A DNA stretch of 63,766 nucleotides, the filler included, from Stramenopiles sp. TOSAG23-6 (Eukaryota), in the NCBI GenBank assembly GCA_900128565.1. It is 13 parts of 13 records of this genome, joined end to end, with 100 filler letters (N's around TTAATTAATTAA, not from the genome) between each part and the next. Parts side by side here need not be neighbours in the genome. Positions count along the whole stretch, not along the records: positions 29,569 to 34,377 come from LT637050.1; positions 34,478 to 39,286 come from LT637051.1; positions 39,387 to 44,191 come from LT637052.1; positions 44,292 to 49,094 come from LT637053.1; 9 more parts are not named here. The stretch is one strand, 5' to 3'. The first letter of the stretch is position 1; the number at the start of each line of letters is the position of its first letter. Positions 33,838 to 46,737 of the stretch are shown here, in pieces. The notes below the pieces were generated by a model. It had not been told where the DNA came from. It did no database searches and saw only the letters and a list, made by a program, of their open reading frames with translations. The translations under genes and the position numbers were made by a program.

Positions 33838-34077
33838 CTTTTGTATCCAGAATTACTAAAGAAATCGACAAACTGTAAATGTTGTAACTGTTCTAAAAAT
33901 TGAACACAAAAAAAATATTCATATAAATAAACATAACAATCAAAATAACCTTACCACACAAAAATTCCTTTATTTCTTTTATCATATTAAATATCAAAAA
34001 AAAAAAAAAGGTATTGATGATGCGCAATCAAAATTTGCTACAAACTGTAATTAACACTGAAAAACATTGTAACCCTC

Positions 34078-34176
34078 ATGTGTTGTAAAAAAAAAAAAAT
34101 CTAAAAAAAATTGTTAGGTACAAAATTTCGTACGAAAACTAAAAAAAAAAAATTAAAATTCATAATGAACACGAAC
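34078..34176 (-). mobile_element. Introner-like copy in 3' UTR
   Basis: GTTCGTGTTC...CGTACGAAATTTTGTACCTAAC...CAACACAT, 30 nt after stop. Confidence 0.7.
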
Positions 34177-34206
34177 GCTACACACGAAAAAGTACACCCC
34201 TGGAGG

Positions 34207-34308
34207 TTAGTGATCATCATTTTTCCAGTGATTTCCACAATCTAGACAGGAAACAAAAGTTGTCATTGGCTCATCAGCACCACGAGTTTGAGCTTGGGTA
34301 TATGAACA
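34207..34308 (-). CDS. TFIIS-type C-terminal zinc ribbon, last coding exon
   Basis: [29 protein letters not shown]; preceding intron ends AATACAC. Confidence 0.85.
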   Translation of the reverse strand, partial: CSYTQAQTRGADEPMTTFVSCLDCGNHWKNDDH

Positions 34309-34554
34309 GTGTATTTTGGAAAAATATTTCAAAAAAAAAACCTAAAATTTGTTAGGTACAAAATTTCGTACGAAAAANNNNNNNNNNNNNNNNNNNNNNN
34401 NNNNNNNNNNNNNNNNNNNNNTTAATTAATTAANNNNNNNNNNNNNNNNNNNNNNNNNNNNNNNNNNNNNNNNNNNNAACTGTTTTTCCAAAATATTTTT
34501 TTATAGGAAATTTTGTACGTAAAATTTTTTTTTTTTTTTTCTCCAAAACCCAAA

Positions 34555-34586
<32 letters not shown>

Positions 34587-34596
34587 CACAATGTAG

Positions 34597-35904
34597 TATC
34601 AAATAAAGAAAAACCCTACAACATCTACAACATCTACAACATCTACAACATCTACAACATCTTCAAATGCTTTACTAAACGAACGAGAATGGATCAAAAC
34701 TGCAATCTCTTCAAACGATGCAGTCGGTACAAAAGTAGGTACAAACATTAATTTCATTGAGAATGCAGCACAAAATACAAAGCATACAAACATTAATTTC
34801 ATTGAGAATGCAGCACAAAATAGTGATTATAAAGATGCGTGGATTTCGTGTTCACAAATACGTAAATTGGTTTTAGTTTGGGACAGTTTGCATGTTCGAA
34901 CTCAATGGAGATATAATTTTGAATATGTGTTAAACATATTACCAAAAGATGATTTTACATTTAATGACTTTTTCTCCACAATTCGACTTCTCGCGTCACG
35001 AAATCAAAGTAATTTTGTCCTTCAGAAGGATTTCGTGCAGTTTTTATTTGACACTCATTTGAATAAAAATCATTCTGGTGTTGCAGACGCGGAAACATTT
35101 AAATCCTGTTGGTCAATCATTCAATTGCAAATCAATAGGTACTATGTATGTTTTATTTTTTTTTTTTTTTTAGTAAATATTTTTTTTTTTTTTTTTACGG
35201 AAATTTTTTTTTCGTAGTAAATTTTGTACCTAAACCTAAAAGATTTTTTTTTTCAAATATTTTTCCAAGATACATGAAGAGGCTACTATATCAAAAAACA
35301 AATTTATTGGTACAACATCATCATCATCAATGCTGAAAGATCAATCGACACATATGTTTAATTTCTTTTTTTTTTTTTTTTTTCGGTTAAAAAAAAAAAA
35401 TCGATTTTTTTTTTTGGTTTTTTTTCGTAAAAAAATTTTGTACCTAACAAATTTTCAAAATTTTTTTGAAATATTTTTCCAACATACACTAAAACAAATG
35501 ACTTTGAACGAACGAGAACGAAAATATTTAAAATTTTTAGTGATTGTTTTTTTTCTTTTTTTTGCTTCTTTAATTTTTTCTTGTTTAATAAATACCAGGA
35601 CAGATGCATTCTCCATTTTAAACTCGGATAATAATCTAAATATTGTAAAATTGGATGTACGTTTTCAAAATTAATTTTTTTTTTTTTAATTTTTTTTTTT
35701 TTCATACGAAATTTTGTACCTAACAAAAAAAAAAAAAAATATTTTTCCACAATGAATGACATTTGGACTTGGATAGAGAATGATTTGTACACTGAAATCA
35801 CAGGTGGAGATGATTCAAACATTAATTACACTAACAATGAGGGATTATTTAAACGACTGCAAGAAATGAATGGCTCAGCAGCACAATTTTTTCATCAGGA
35901 ATAT
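34597..35904 (+). CDS. Multi-exon membrane protein fragment, possibly polycystin-like (introns 35146-35275, 35352-35489, 35657-35757)
   Basis: Exons join in frame; TM segment followed by DIWTWIENDLY. Confidence 0.45.
35352..35489 (+). mobile_element. Introner-like intron AT..AC
   Basis: AC|ATATGTTT...CATACAC; in-frame join. Confidence 0.6.
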
Positions 35905-35929
35905 GAATGTTTTATTTTTTATTTTTTTT

Positions 35930-35975
<46 letters not shown>

Positions 35976-35983
35976 ATTTTTCC

Positions 35984-36017
<34 letters not shown>

Positions 36018-36031
36018 GTTCCACAATATAT

Positions 36032-36598
36032 GCTGAAGATCCTCTAAGAGGATTTTTACCATCAATTGGTCGTCTTTTACAATATAATGAACCAAATGCA
36101 GATGATTTGGATATATCACCGGGTGAAATCGTTCGCGTTGATAGTGGTGTTACTGTAGGAAGTAATATTTCAATGTTTTATGACCCAATGATTAGTAAGT
36201 TAGTTACATATTCACCAGAAGGGAGAGAAGCCGCTACGGATTTAATGGTAAAAGCGTTAGATTCATACGTAATTCAAGGTTTGAATCATAACGGTCATTT
36301 CTGTCGAGCTCTTTGTGAACATCCTCGATTTCGTGCAGGTAACTTATCAACTGAATTTATAAGCGAAGAATACACTGATGGATTTGAACCAGATGGGTTT
36401 TCATTGCCTAGAGACGATCAAAATATTGTATATGCTATCGCTGCACTAATTCATTCCCGTGATGAAATAAATCGTATTCCTGATTTAGATAAGAATAGAC
36501 ATCAAAAGAATCATCATATTGATTTATCACTTGGTATTGGTAGTAATCTTTCGGAAACTCATGTCAAAACAAAGTGTATTCTTCCTCCTGAACTAGAT
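36032..36598 (+). CDS. PCCA: Biotin carboxylase C-terminal exon (propionyl-CoA carboxylase alpha-like)
   Basis: AEDPLRGFLPSIGRL...VRVDSGV...ISMFYDPMISKLVT. Confidence 0.8.
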
Positions 36599-36693
36599 GT
36601 ATGTTTTATTTTTTTTTTAACAAAAAAATCGAATTTTTTTTTTATAAAAATTTTGTACCTAACGTTTTTTTCAAATATTTTTCCAAAATACAT

Positions 36694-39239
36694 GCGGCTA
36701 AATAATACCGGCAGAGTATTTTTACCAAGTGAGTTGCTCGATTTAGTTGAGCTTGTTGTAACAGCAGAGAGAGCTAATAAGTGGTTCAAAGAATCCGGAA
36801 AAAATGCCGAGGCTGCAAATTCAAGTGAAAACTCATATGTATCATCTCCAGAAAATAAATTCGCTTTAGCTTTGCCCGTTTCAGAGCAAACGCCGCTCAA
36901 ATTAGTACTGCATGTATTAGAAATTCTTGATTGTATACAACATGGCAAGGCTCTTTCGGAATCTCTTATGAATACTATATGGTGGAACTCGTCTGGACAA
37001 TTACGAATTGTTGAGACTTTTCATCCTCAATGTATGCGCATCATGGGTACAAGTAGTGGAGGATCCAATCTACCAACTCTAATTATGGGTAGAAAGGGTT
37101 ATCAAACGTCCATGGATATAGATGATAAAGTCCAGAAAGTTTCATTTTCTGGCGCAAACACTTTAACAATTAAATTTGATAAGCGTTGTGAACTTCTTCC
37201 TGGTTCATTTTTTGTTATTGAATTTGACACATCCAAAAAAGGCGAACTTTCAAAACACATAAAATTAGAATTTCGAGGAGGCAAAACTAATGAGTTTTTT
37301 ACTCCTACAACAAAGTACCAAAATACAATTGATTTGACATCTTGGGATATTCCTGCATCTGAATTTTCGTTTTATTTTGGTTATTTTGACAAAGAAGAAT
37401 ATAAAAAAGATTCAGTGGAAGAGACTAAAGAATATAAAAAAGATTCAGTGGAAGAGACTAAAGAATATAAAAAAGATGGAACAACTGTAGCGAATGAATT
37501 GTCCAAGAAAAGCAAATTTTGTATCAGCGAAAGCTCCAAAAAATCGAAAAAATCGGTAGATTATTGGGGCGTTGCATTTGTTGTGATACCTGACACAAGA
37601 ATTCCTTACCATGATATCGCCACGCATATTTACAAAGCTACCCCTGGTGATTCTCATGGTACTGAATTGGAAAATGCTCGGTGTAAGGTTAAGGAATTAG
37701 AAATGAAGAAGATATCCACCGTTGTGAAATTAGCTAGAGAAAGTCATCAAATATCAAAAGCAGTTGAAAGTTTTAGTACGTGGACTCCAAAATTAGATGC
37801 ATTATTGGTTGATTGGATTAATTCATGGATTTCAAAGCACGGTAGTAAGTCCTGGATGGAGTTACTACCAGATTTTGTTAGATTAACAAAGAATGAATGT
37901 GGTTATTACTATCAGCTATTATCAACGGTGCCGTTAGAGTCGCTATATATTCGCGTTGCTCTCTTCCGACAATTTAACCTTTATTTGTCCGAAATACTTC
38001 CACTAATAAATCTTGGTAGTATAGATCTCGCTAGTGTCGGTGCTCGTTTGCGTGCTTCAAGCCACTGTATATTCCGCGACCTTAAATTGCCAATACTCAA
38101 ACGAGCATTAGAAGTCACTCGCGGACCTGAAAGAAACAGCGAACCGATCTATATGTACGTTTTCATTATGGATTTCAGATTTTTTTTTTTTTTTTTTTTT
38201 GGTATGAAATTTAGTACCTAACAAATTTTAGTTTTTTTTTTGAAATATTGTTTCACAATACAGAACTCTCGATAATTTTGAAGTTATATTGTTTAGAGAT
38301 AAAGGAATAATTGATGCATTGACTAGTAAGAATATTTTCACTCAGGCGTTTGACCAATTGCATAAATTACCACCAAAAATTCTCCGGTCTAAATTTACTC
38401 ATGGTAGNNNNNNNNNNNNNNNNNNNNNNNNNNNNNNNNNNNNNNNNNNNNNNNNNNNNNNNNNNNNNNNNNNNNNNNNNNNNNNNNNNNNNNNNNNNNN
38501 NNNNNNNNNNNNNNNNNNNNNNNNNNNNNNNNNNNNNNNNNNNNNNNNNNNNNNNNNNNNNNNNNNNTGTTTTATTTTTTTTTTTTTTCCGGTAAAAAAA
38601 AAATTGAATTTATTTTTTTCAAAAAATTTTGTACCTAACAAATTAAAATTTTTTTTTTTGAAATATTTTTACAAAATACATCGGTCGCCTCGTGCTATTG
38701 AATATTTTGAATTTCTTGGTAAATTAATGGGGCTATCACTGCGAGCTACACTTTGTCTTCCATTTTCATTCCCTTCTCTTGTATGGAAGCAACTTGTTGG
38801 AGCCGAAGTGGATTCATCTGATCTTCATGCAATGGATTATCTGACAATGCAACAAATCGATATCATTCGTGGTTGTGATGTTGACGAAGGAATCACAGAT
38901 GAAGAATCATTTAAGAATGAATATGGAAATTTAAAATGGTCTTATATTTCAGCTGACGGAGAAGAACGACGATTTGAACGAATAGAAGATATAAAAAAAT
39001 ATAGTGATCAATGGAATGCTGAAACCGATAAAAGTCAAAATAAATCAAAGTATAATTTCACAGAAATATCATCCAAATCACCAGTTACTTTCAAGGAAAA
39101 AGATATTTATTGCGATGCTCTAATATATGCACGTTTACATGAGTTTGACACACAGATAGCAGCAATATCTCGGGGCATGCAAACCGTTGTACCCAAAAGA
39201 TCTACTCGATTATTTACTTGGCAGGAGTTAGAAATGTTA
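36694..39239 (+). CDS. HECT E3 ubiquitin ligase fragment (several exons, internal gap)
   Basis: FTQAFDQLH, YFEFLGKLMGLSLR, PSLVWKQLVG, RLHEFDTQIAAI, LFTWQELEML. Confidence 0.85.
38155..38263 (+). mobile_element. Introner-like intron GT..AG (109 nt)
   Basis: Ends CACAATACAG at the position where other copies have CAT; gives YITLDNF. Confidence 0.8.
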
Positions 39240-39987
39240 GTGTGTTTTATTTTTTTTTTTTTTTTTTACAAAAAAATCGAATTTTTNNNNNNNNNNNNNN
39301 NNNNNNNNNNNNNNNNNNNNNNNNNNNNNNTTAATTAATTAANNNNNNNNNNNNNNNNNNNNNNNNNNNNNNNNNNNNNNNNNNNNCCAATTGTACCAAC
39401 CTGCCCAAGAATAATCCTATATTGTGAAGGGAAAAAAAAAATTGAAAATAAATAATCTGGATAAAATTGTCAACCCAAAAAAAAATGTAAAAAAGAAATG
39501 TAAAAAAAACAAAANAAAAAAAAAAAAATGTAAAAAAAAAATGTAAAAAAATCAAATGTAAAAAAAAAATGTAAAAAAATTGTACAATTGTTTTGTTAGG
39601 TACAAAATTTCGTATGAAAAAAAAAATGAAAAAAACGTACATCCTTCAAGGGAGTCTTTTTTTGTAGTACATTTTTTGCATTTTTTGCATTTTTTACATT
39701 GTTATTACAAAAATTTGCAATTTTTCGTTTTGCCAACATTCGTAATAAAATAATGAAATGTTGAAAAATATTTTAANCTTTGAAAGTACAAGTAAGTTTT
39801 CAAGAAAAACAAAAACACAAATTTAAAAAAAAAAAAAAATTAAATTGTTAGGTACACCTTTTCGTATGAAAAAAAAAAAATTCAATTTAAAAATTTAAAA
39901 AAAAAAAATTAAATTTTAAATTGTTAGGTACAACTTTTCGTATGNAAAAAAAAAANAAANTTTNAAATGAATGATGAAAAAACTCAC

Positions 39988-40400
39988 ATTGTATCTAAAG
40001 AAAAAATTGACTCCAAATTTGTCATTCGTTCCAATTCTTTATGACTTAATTTCTTGAAATATTGTGTTTGAAGCAGTTTTGTCGGTGTAGTATTATCTTG
40101 TACCATTTTTTCATACTTGAACTCATTATTTTCATCTATATCGTTTGGTATTTTTGGTATTTTTGATACAACATCGTTAGGGTTAGGGTTTTCTGTAGGA
40201 CAATTATCTACTTGATCTAATGCTTTAATAGCATGTATTGTGAAAAATATTTTTTTTTTTTGATTTTTTTTGTTAGGTACAAAATTTCGTACGAAAAAAA
40301 ATTAAATTCAAAATTGAAAAAAAATAAAACGTATATCTTCCCTAGACACTTTAGCATTTGCCATTACGGCTTCGATTTCTTTGTTACTATGCTTAGTTTC
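39988..40400 (-). CDS. Exons with UBA/NAC-alpha-like motif (40400-40335, 40232-39988)
   Basis: KEIEAVMANAKVSRED|AIKALD across AT..AT intron 40233-40334. Confidence 0.6.
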
Positions 40401-40511
40401 ATGCATTTTGGAAAAATATTTCAAAAAAAAAAAAATCTAAATTTTTTTGTTTGGTACAAAATTTCATACGAAACCAAAAAAAAAAAAAAATGATAAAAAT
40501 TGAAAACGTAC

Positions 40512-40774
40512 ATGTAATTCATACTTGCATAATATAGCTGATGGGCGTAATCTATATCGCCGATCATCATTATTATCATTATTATCATTATTATTTGTAT
40601 TCTTTGTTAATTTATAATGAGAATGATTTTTGTACGATCGGAGACATAATAAAACACTTTCGGAGATATTAAAACATTTTATCTCCCTATCACAAAGAAA
40701 CTTTTGTATTTTGTTTTCTTTTTGTATTGAACAATTATTATTATTATTTGTACTATTATTATTATTATTTGTAC

Positions 40775-40812
<38 letters not shown>

Positions 40813-41870
40813 GCAGTAGTAGTAGTAGTAGTATCATTATGATCAAAAAGTGAATGATCAGATGACGTTTTCATCACGGAACACATCCAATGAAAAAAAA
40901 ATGGAGAATTTCTAAAAGTGATCAATTCTAACATGTCTAGTTTATCTTCATATTCACTTATTTTTGTACTAAAACTTGAATTTTGTTTAGGAATATTTCT
41001 AACGTTTTGATCATTATTACTATTATTATTATTATCAGAAATATCATCATCAGAAATATCATTATCAGAAATATCATTATCAACATCAACAACATTATCA
41101 ACATCAACAACATTATCATAAACAACATCATTATCAACATCAACAACAACATTATCATCAACAACATCATTATCAACATCAACAACATCACTATCAACAT
41201 CAACATCATCATCATCAGAAATATCATCATCAACAACAATATCAAAATTATCAATCTGGGTATTATTTAAAAGCATATTTAAATGTTGTATTAAAACACC
41301 AACCAAATGCCTACTGATTTTGCCTGACAAAATACCAGCATGTAATTGAGAAATAGAAGGGAAATTGTGACGCCCTACACAATGCGAACCACATACGTCA
41401 TGATAACTCACAGCGTAACCATTGCGTATCGGACCTTTTAATATATTTTGTACAAAAGAATATGCTTTGCGTATTTGAAATATTGGAAAATGCAAACGCT
41501 CATTAGTTTGGATAGTTCGTTTTTTCTGTACGTCTTTTCGAAGTTTCGTCACAAATGAACCAAAGTTATCTAATTCGTTTTTTGTACACTCAAATTCCTT
41601 CAATGTGTATGATCTATTATCAGACAATGGAGAAACAACTGTTGCATCGGTATACTGTAAACAACCTTTTAACCGTTTTATTTCTATTGCAATTGTTTCC
41701 AATTTTTCTTTTTTACTCAAAAGGCGTTGACGTTTTAATTCTATGGATTTAGATAATGATTCAATAGCATTACGTCTACGAGTAATCATAGGTATATACT
41801 GTGAATCAATAAGAGATTTGGTTGACTTGTCTCTCTGTTTCGAGTTATTGCTCAAGTCTTTTTTAGACAT
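40512..41870 (-). CDS. Low-complexity protein, first exon ending in the start of a zf-C3H1-like motif
   Basis: Asp/Asn tracts; ends ILCKYELH at family intron 40401-40511. Confidence 0.55.
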
Positions 41871-42557
41871 GACACAAAAAGTATAGAAATAATAATGACT
41901 ATTAAAATATGCTTGTATTCCTATTTATAGCTCACGAAAAAATATACTCAATCTAACAACATATTGGGAGTACAATGATGCAAAATATATTTAACATATA
42001 CATTTCCCCCAATAACGACGTATAATACATAAGTTATACTTCTATTTTTTGTTTCTGGTTTGTTGAATAATCACACGCACTCACTTCCCTCACTTCACTT
42101 CGACTTCTTTGTACGTTTTTTTAACAGAACACGAAATCGAAATCCCAAATTCCCAATGAACAGAAAAAAAAGCATTTTTAAATTATGAATACTACAACAT
42201 TAATTATGTAACAACAAATCTAAATCTCAGAAAGCATAGAAATATATATTGAACACTACTCGCCTTACTACAGAACATGCTTGAAAGCAGAATAATATGT
42301 ATTTGACGTTTAAAAAAAGTAGCCGACACAGTTTTCGAATTTAAATTTGATTTTCGAAATTGTTTTGGAGAAATTTCAAAGAAGTTTGCATAAAAACCCG
42401 TAGTTTGGTTAGTCAATCAATTTGTTGCACACTCATAAATATGCAAATTCCTAGGATAATGCTTTTGTTAAGAAGGCATTCGGTAGAGTATTCATAGACC
42501 ATGTAAGAAAAAAGGACAAACTATAATCTATAATTAAGTCTATAATATAAGTAGTAG

Positions 42558-42592
<35 letters not shown>

Positions 42593-42691
42593 TTTTTTTT
42601 TTTTTTGAAATTTTTTTTTTTTGTTAGGTACAAATTTTCCTAAAAAAAAAAAAAAAAAATATTTTCAAAAAAAATAATGAAAAAAACGTAC

Positions 42692-44157
42692 ACACTTATA
42701 TCCAATAATTGAGTATGAATTCTACACGAAAAACCATGTTTTTCTTTTTCTTCATGTTTTGACTTGTTTTGACAAAAACCAGAATCTTCTTGTACATGGT
42801 TAGGGTTAGGGTTTTTATTCTGTATTATATTTTGACTTTTGTATGAAATTACATTTTTTTTTTCTCTACCAAATTTCGTACCGAATGAATTTCGAATTTG
42901 TTGATTAGGGTTAGGGTTATCTTTTGATTCGGAAGAACTCGAAACGTCTTCAGATTCTTCTGCGGTAGCAAACTCTCCATCAGATGATGAAGTAGATGAT
43001 ACACTATTTATGTTTGGCGGAAAATTGGATGATGACAAAATATTTTCATTTTTTTCAAAATTTTCAAAATTTTTTACATTTTTTGAATTTTCAAAATTTT
43101 CAAAATTATCTATTTTTTTTATTTTTGGCCAGAGAAATCGTTTTATATCAAACCAGGCATCTGCATTCCATTCAAAATGTATTTGTTATACGTAGTCAAA
43201 AAATATTTATACAGTTTCATTTTTTTTGGTTAGGTACGGAAAAAATATACAATTCAATTAAGAGTGGGAACACCTCTTACGTACAATATTTCGTACGAAA
43301 ACCAAAAAAAAAAAAATACATTTGAAATTAAAATTAAAATTAAAATTAAAAATAAAATTAAAAATGAATGTTAAAAACATACTCGCATCTATGTCTATAT
43401 TAGGAATATCATTTGATTCNGAATATGTAATTTTTATACATTTCTGTTTTGTTTTATCTACAGTATTTATAAATGTTTCTTGAGAAAAATCATTATTTGA
43501 AGAGTGTATTGAATGTATTGAATTTTGAGAAAAATCATTATTTGAAGAATGTATTGAATTTGATGAATTTTGAGAAAAATCATTATTTGAAGAATGTATT
43601 GAATTTGTTGAATGTTTTTTACATTGTATTAAATACTTGAAATCATTCATAGCTAAATTATTTTTTAATGAAATATTTGAAACCTCAAGCAATATATTCA
43701 ATTTTTTTGATGGATCTTTTCTACATTCAATTATTGTTTTTTTCAAATTCAAAGATATATTTACTTTTATATTCGATGTAGGGTTAGGGTTAGGGTGAAT
43801 ATCCGATAAAAATAAGATATCGATTGATTCTACACTTCCTCGTATTTTTGTTCCTATATGTAATGAAATACTATTTTTTGAATGTTTTAAATTTTTTGAA
43901 TTTTTTGAATTTTTTAAATTTTTTGAATCAAATTCAATATTTTGTCTTCTTGTTTGATTTGATGTTTTGATCCAATTTTGAAGAATTTGATACTCATTTT
44001 CATATAATTTCATACAAATCGTAGAAACACGAAATCCTACTTCAATGTCTGAAAGTGTACGCATTTTTTTTTGTATTGTTGATTTCACATTTAATTGTAA
44101 TGAAAAAGGCTGAACAAATGATGGTATACTACTATCTCTCTTTTCCTCAAATCCTAT
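42692..44157 (-). CDS. Multi-exon fragment, possibly VPS13-like
   Basis: FVQPFSLQLNV, beta-rich alternation, IHFEWN; bounded by family introns. Confidence 0.4.
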
Positions 44158-44546
44158 ATGTATTTTGAGAAAATATTTCAAAAAAAAAATTNNNNNNNNN
44201 NNNNNNNNNNNNNNNNNNNNNNNNNNNNNNNNNNNTTAATTAATTAANNNNNNNNNNNNNNNNNNNNNNNNNNNNNNNNNNNNNNNNNNNNCACTCAAAG
44301 TCGAGCGAGAAGATTGTTATTGTACTGGCTATTAATTTTGAGGAACCCAACCCTAGCTATTATTGCAACCCGCGCGAGGCGGCTTTAAGTACAAAATTTT
44401 GTATGAAAACCGGACTCCACGTCCATCATTGATCATTGATCTACCTTTTCATTTTGTTCGACGAACAAACTAAGAATCTCAAATCAAATCTCTCAAATCT
44501 GAATAACTGGGCTATTACTACCTTTTGGAGGTGTTAGAAGTTAATC

Positions 44547-46499
44547 ATGGGAGGGGGCATGCATTTTTTGAATAAGAAGTCCTGGCATGTCTCAAATTTG
44601 AGCAATGTCGAGGAAGTATGGAAAGCTGAACAAAAGAAAGCTGCTGAAGCGAAGAAACTTAAAGAATTGCAGCGTGAGTTAGACGAGGAGCGGCGAGAGG
44701 AGATGCTTCAAAAGGAAGCTGAAGACGCTGGTATTGTTAGAAAACCTAAACAAGTTCGTTTGAATTGGATGTATCAGGGTAAGGGTGTTGCAGGAAATAG
44801 CGAAGAATCTTCAAAAGGGGCAGATGAAGCCGCTCAAGAAGCCAAGCGTCGTCGTGATGAGTATTTGCTAGGAAAAGAATTTGACCCAACAAAGAAGGAA
44901 GTTAGTCATGTCAAACAGTTGGAAGAAAATACTAGATCAACTCCGGGGTCGTTGTGGTTAAGCAAGGCATCAACAAAGACAGAACTGTTTCATAAGATGC
45001 ATGATGATCCGCTCATAAAGATTCAAGCTGCAGAGTCCCGTTTAAGTGGAGTGAGTAATGAACAGTATAAAGCTGCAGTCTCTAGAAAGCGCAGTTCGAC
45101 TTCAATTGATGCAAAAACAGTGAAAAGAGCACGGAAAAGGCTGAAAAAGTTAGCAAAAAAAGAAAAGAAGGCAAAGAAAAAGTTACGTAAGAAGTTGAAA
45201 AAGAGATCAAAAAAGAAGAAAAAAGTGTCCAGTTCAGATGAAGACTCTGATGAGAATGGTAAGAGTTCTCTTGAAGATAATACGCATAAATCTCCAAAGT
45301 CTCTGGAGAAAAAGCAGCCATCTGATGATGGTGGTCATAAACAAAAAGAATTAGCTTCATCAAAAGATATCACAATAGACACGGCACCTGGTACGGTAAA
45401 TTCTGTGGCTAATTCTACTGATGATAAAATAGAAACCACAATAACCTCAATAACCACAAAAAACAATGAAAGCTCAGTATCTCAAAAAGTTCAACCCAAA
45501 GTCAATCTACATAAAATTCCCGAGGAAACTTTCATTATGACCACAGAAAAGGCCAAAAAAATATTATCTGGAGAAATTGCACCTCCAGACAATTGGACCC
45601 CAGCCGAAGTATTAAAAGCAAATATGGCTGCTAAAATATTAGAGGGTAAACTGAAGGCGCCTGCTGGATGGACGCCTTCTTTAGTACTTCGTGCTGCTCA
45701 AGGTAAGTCTGTGCCAGAATTTTCATCAGATCCTTCTAGAAGTAATGAACGTCCAACTACAAATCAATATTATAGGGGCAATAATGCTTATTCTGAATAT
45801 GAAAAAAATAGGTGGAGACGTAAACAACGTCGTAGAAGTTATTCTCGAGGACGTGGGCGTGATCGAATTCGCAGTAGATCAAGGTCACGTAGACGTAGTC
45901 GTAGTCGAAGACATAACAGATCAAGGTCATACAGTCATGATAGTAGATCAAGGTCGCGTGGACGTAGTCGAAGACATAAAAGATCAAGGTCGCGTGGACG
46001 TAGTCGAAGACATAAAAGATCAAGGTCGTACAGTAGTGATAGTAGATCAAGGTCACGTAAACGAAAAGGTAGTCGAAGACATAAAAGATCAAGGTCGTAC
46101 AGTCGTGGTAGTAGATCAAGGTCGCGCAGTCGCTCTCATTCCCTCAGTGTGAAAGAAAAAGTTTTAAGGCAAAAGTTAGAGGCTTCAAAGTCATCAAAAG
46201 AAGAACAGACAAAGGCTGAGAAACTTTCACAAATGATTGCGGATGCCCAAAAACATCAAATGGGTCGTAAACAACGTATTGATGACGCAAATCAACGTTC
46301 TATGGAAGCTCTGGGTAAAGAAACTGATGAAGCGACAAAAAAATCAAGTGTTCCTCTATTTCTCGAAAGTGCAAAACGAAAAATATATTCAACCAATAAA
46401 TTGAATGAAACTGAAAAATTGGATAAAAGTAAATTACTGAGACAGAGATCTCATTACAATCAAAGGTCACTAACGAGTGAAAGTTTTATGCAACGTTGA
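44547..46499 (+). CDS. CWC25: Pre-mRNA splicing factor CWC25 with RS domain
   Basis: FLNKKSWH...NVEEVWKAEQ, RLNWMY, DEYLLGK, DDPLIKI, RS repeats. Confidence 0.88.
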   Translation: MGGGMHFLNKKSWHVSNLSNVEEVWKAEQKKAAEAKKLKELQRELDEERREEMLQKEAEDAGIVRKPKQVRLNWMYQGKGVAGNSEESSKGADEAAQEAKRRRDEYLLGKEFDPTKKEVSHVKQLEENTRSTPGSLWLSKASTKTELFHKMHDDPLIKIQAAESRLSGVSNEQYKAAVSRKRSSTSIDAKTVKRARKRLKKLAKKEKKAKKKLRKKLKKRSKKKKKVSSSDEDSDENGKSSLEDNTHKSPKSLEKKQPSDDGGHKQKELASSKDITIDTAPGTVNSVANSTDDKIETTITSITTKNNESSVSQKVQPKVNLHKIPEETFIMTTEKAKKILSGEIAPPDNWTPAEVLKANMAAKILEGKLKAPAGWTPSLVLRAAQGKSVPEFSSDPSRSNERPTTNQYYRGNNAYSEYEKNRWRRKQRRRSYSRGRGRDRIRSRSRSRRRSRSRRHNRSRSYSHDSRSRSRGRSRRHKRSRSRGRSRRHKRSRSYSSDSRSRSRKRKGSRRHKRSRSYSRGSRSRSRSRSHSLSVKEKVLRQKLEASKSSKEEQTKAEKLSQMIADAQKHQMGRKQRIDDANQRSMEALGKETDEATKKSSVPLFLESAKRKIYSTNKLNETEKLDKSKLLRQRSHYNQRSLTSESFMQR

Positions 46500-46737
46500 G
46501 TATGCATCATTAGTAAATAGAAAGTATCCTTTGTATTCTTTGTTTATTACCAAGTCTAATACCTTGTAGCTAACTAGCTAGTATAACAAATTCAAAAATA
46601 AATACACAAAAAGTTCTTTGCATTGATTATTCTATACTTTTATTTCTAGATATCAAATCACGTAACTATGAATACGGAAAATTTGTAAAAGATCATTCAA
46701 CTCTGAATTAATTTTATATATTTCAAAATCTTCTACA

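Noticed and set aside
36107-38221. Carboxylase-HECT fusion protein (704-aa ORF)
   Set aside because: Produced by reading through a family intron; exon phases are incompatible
45880-46135. CRISPR-like spaced repeats AGATCAAGGTC
   Set aside because: Codon repeats of the CWC25 RS domain; no unique spacers or cas genes
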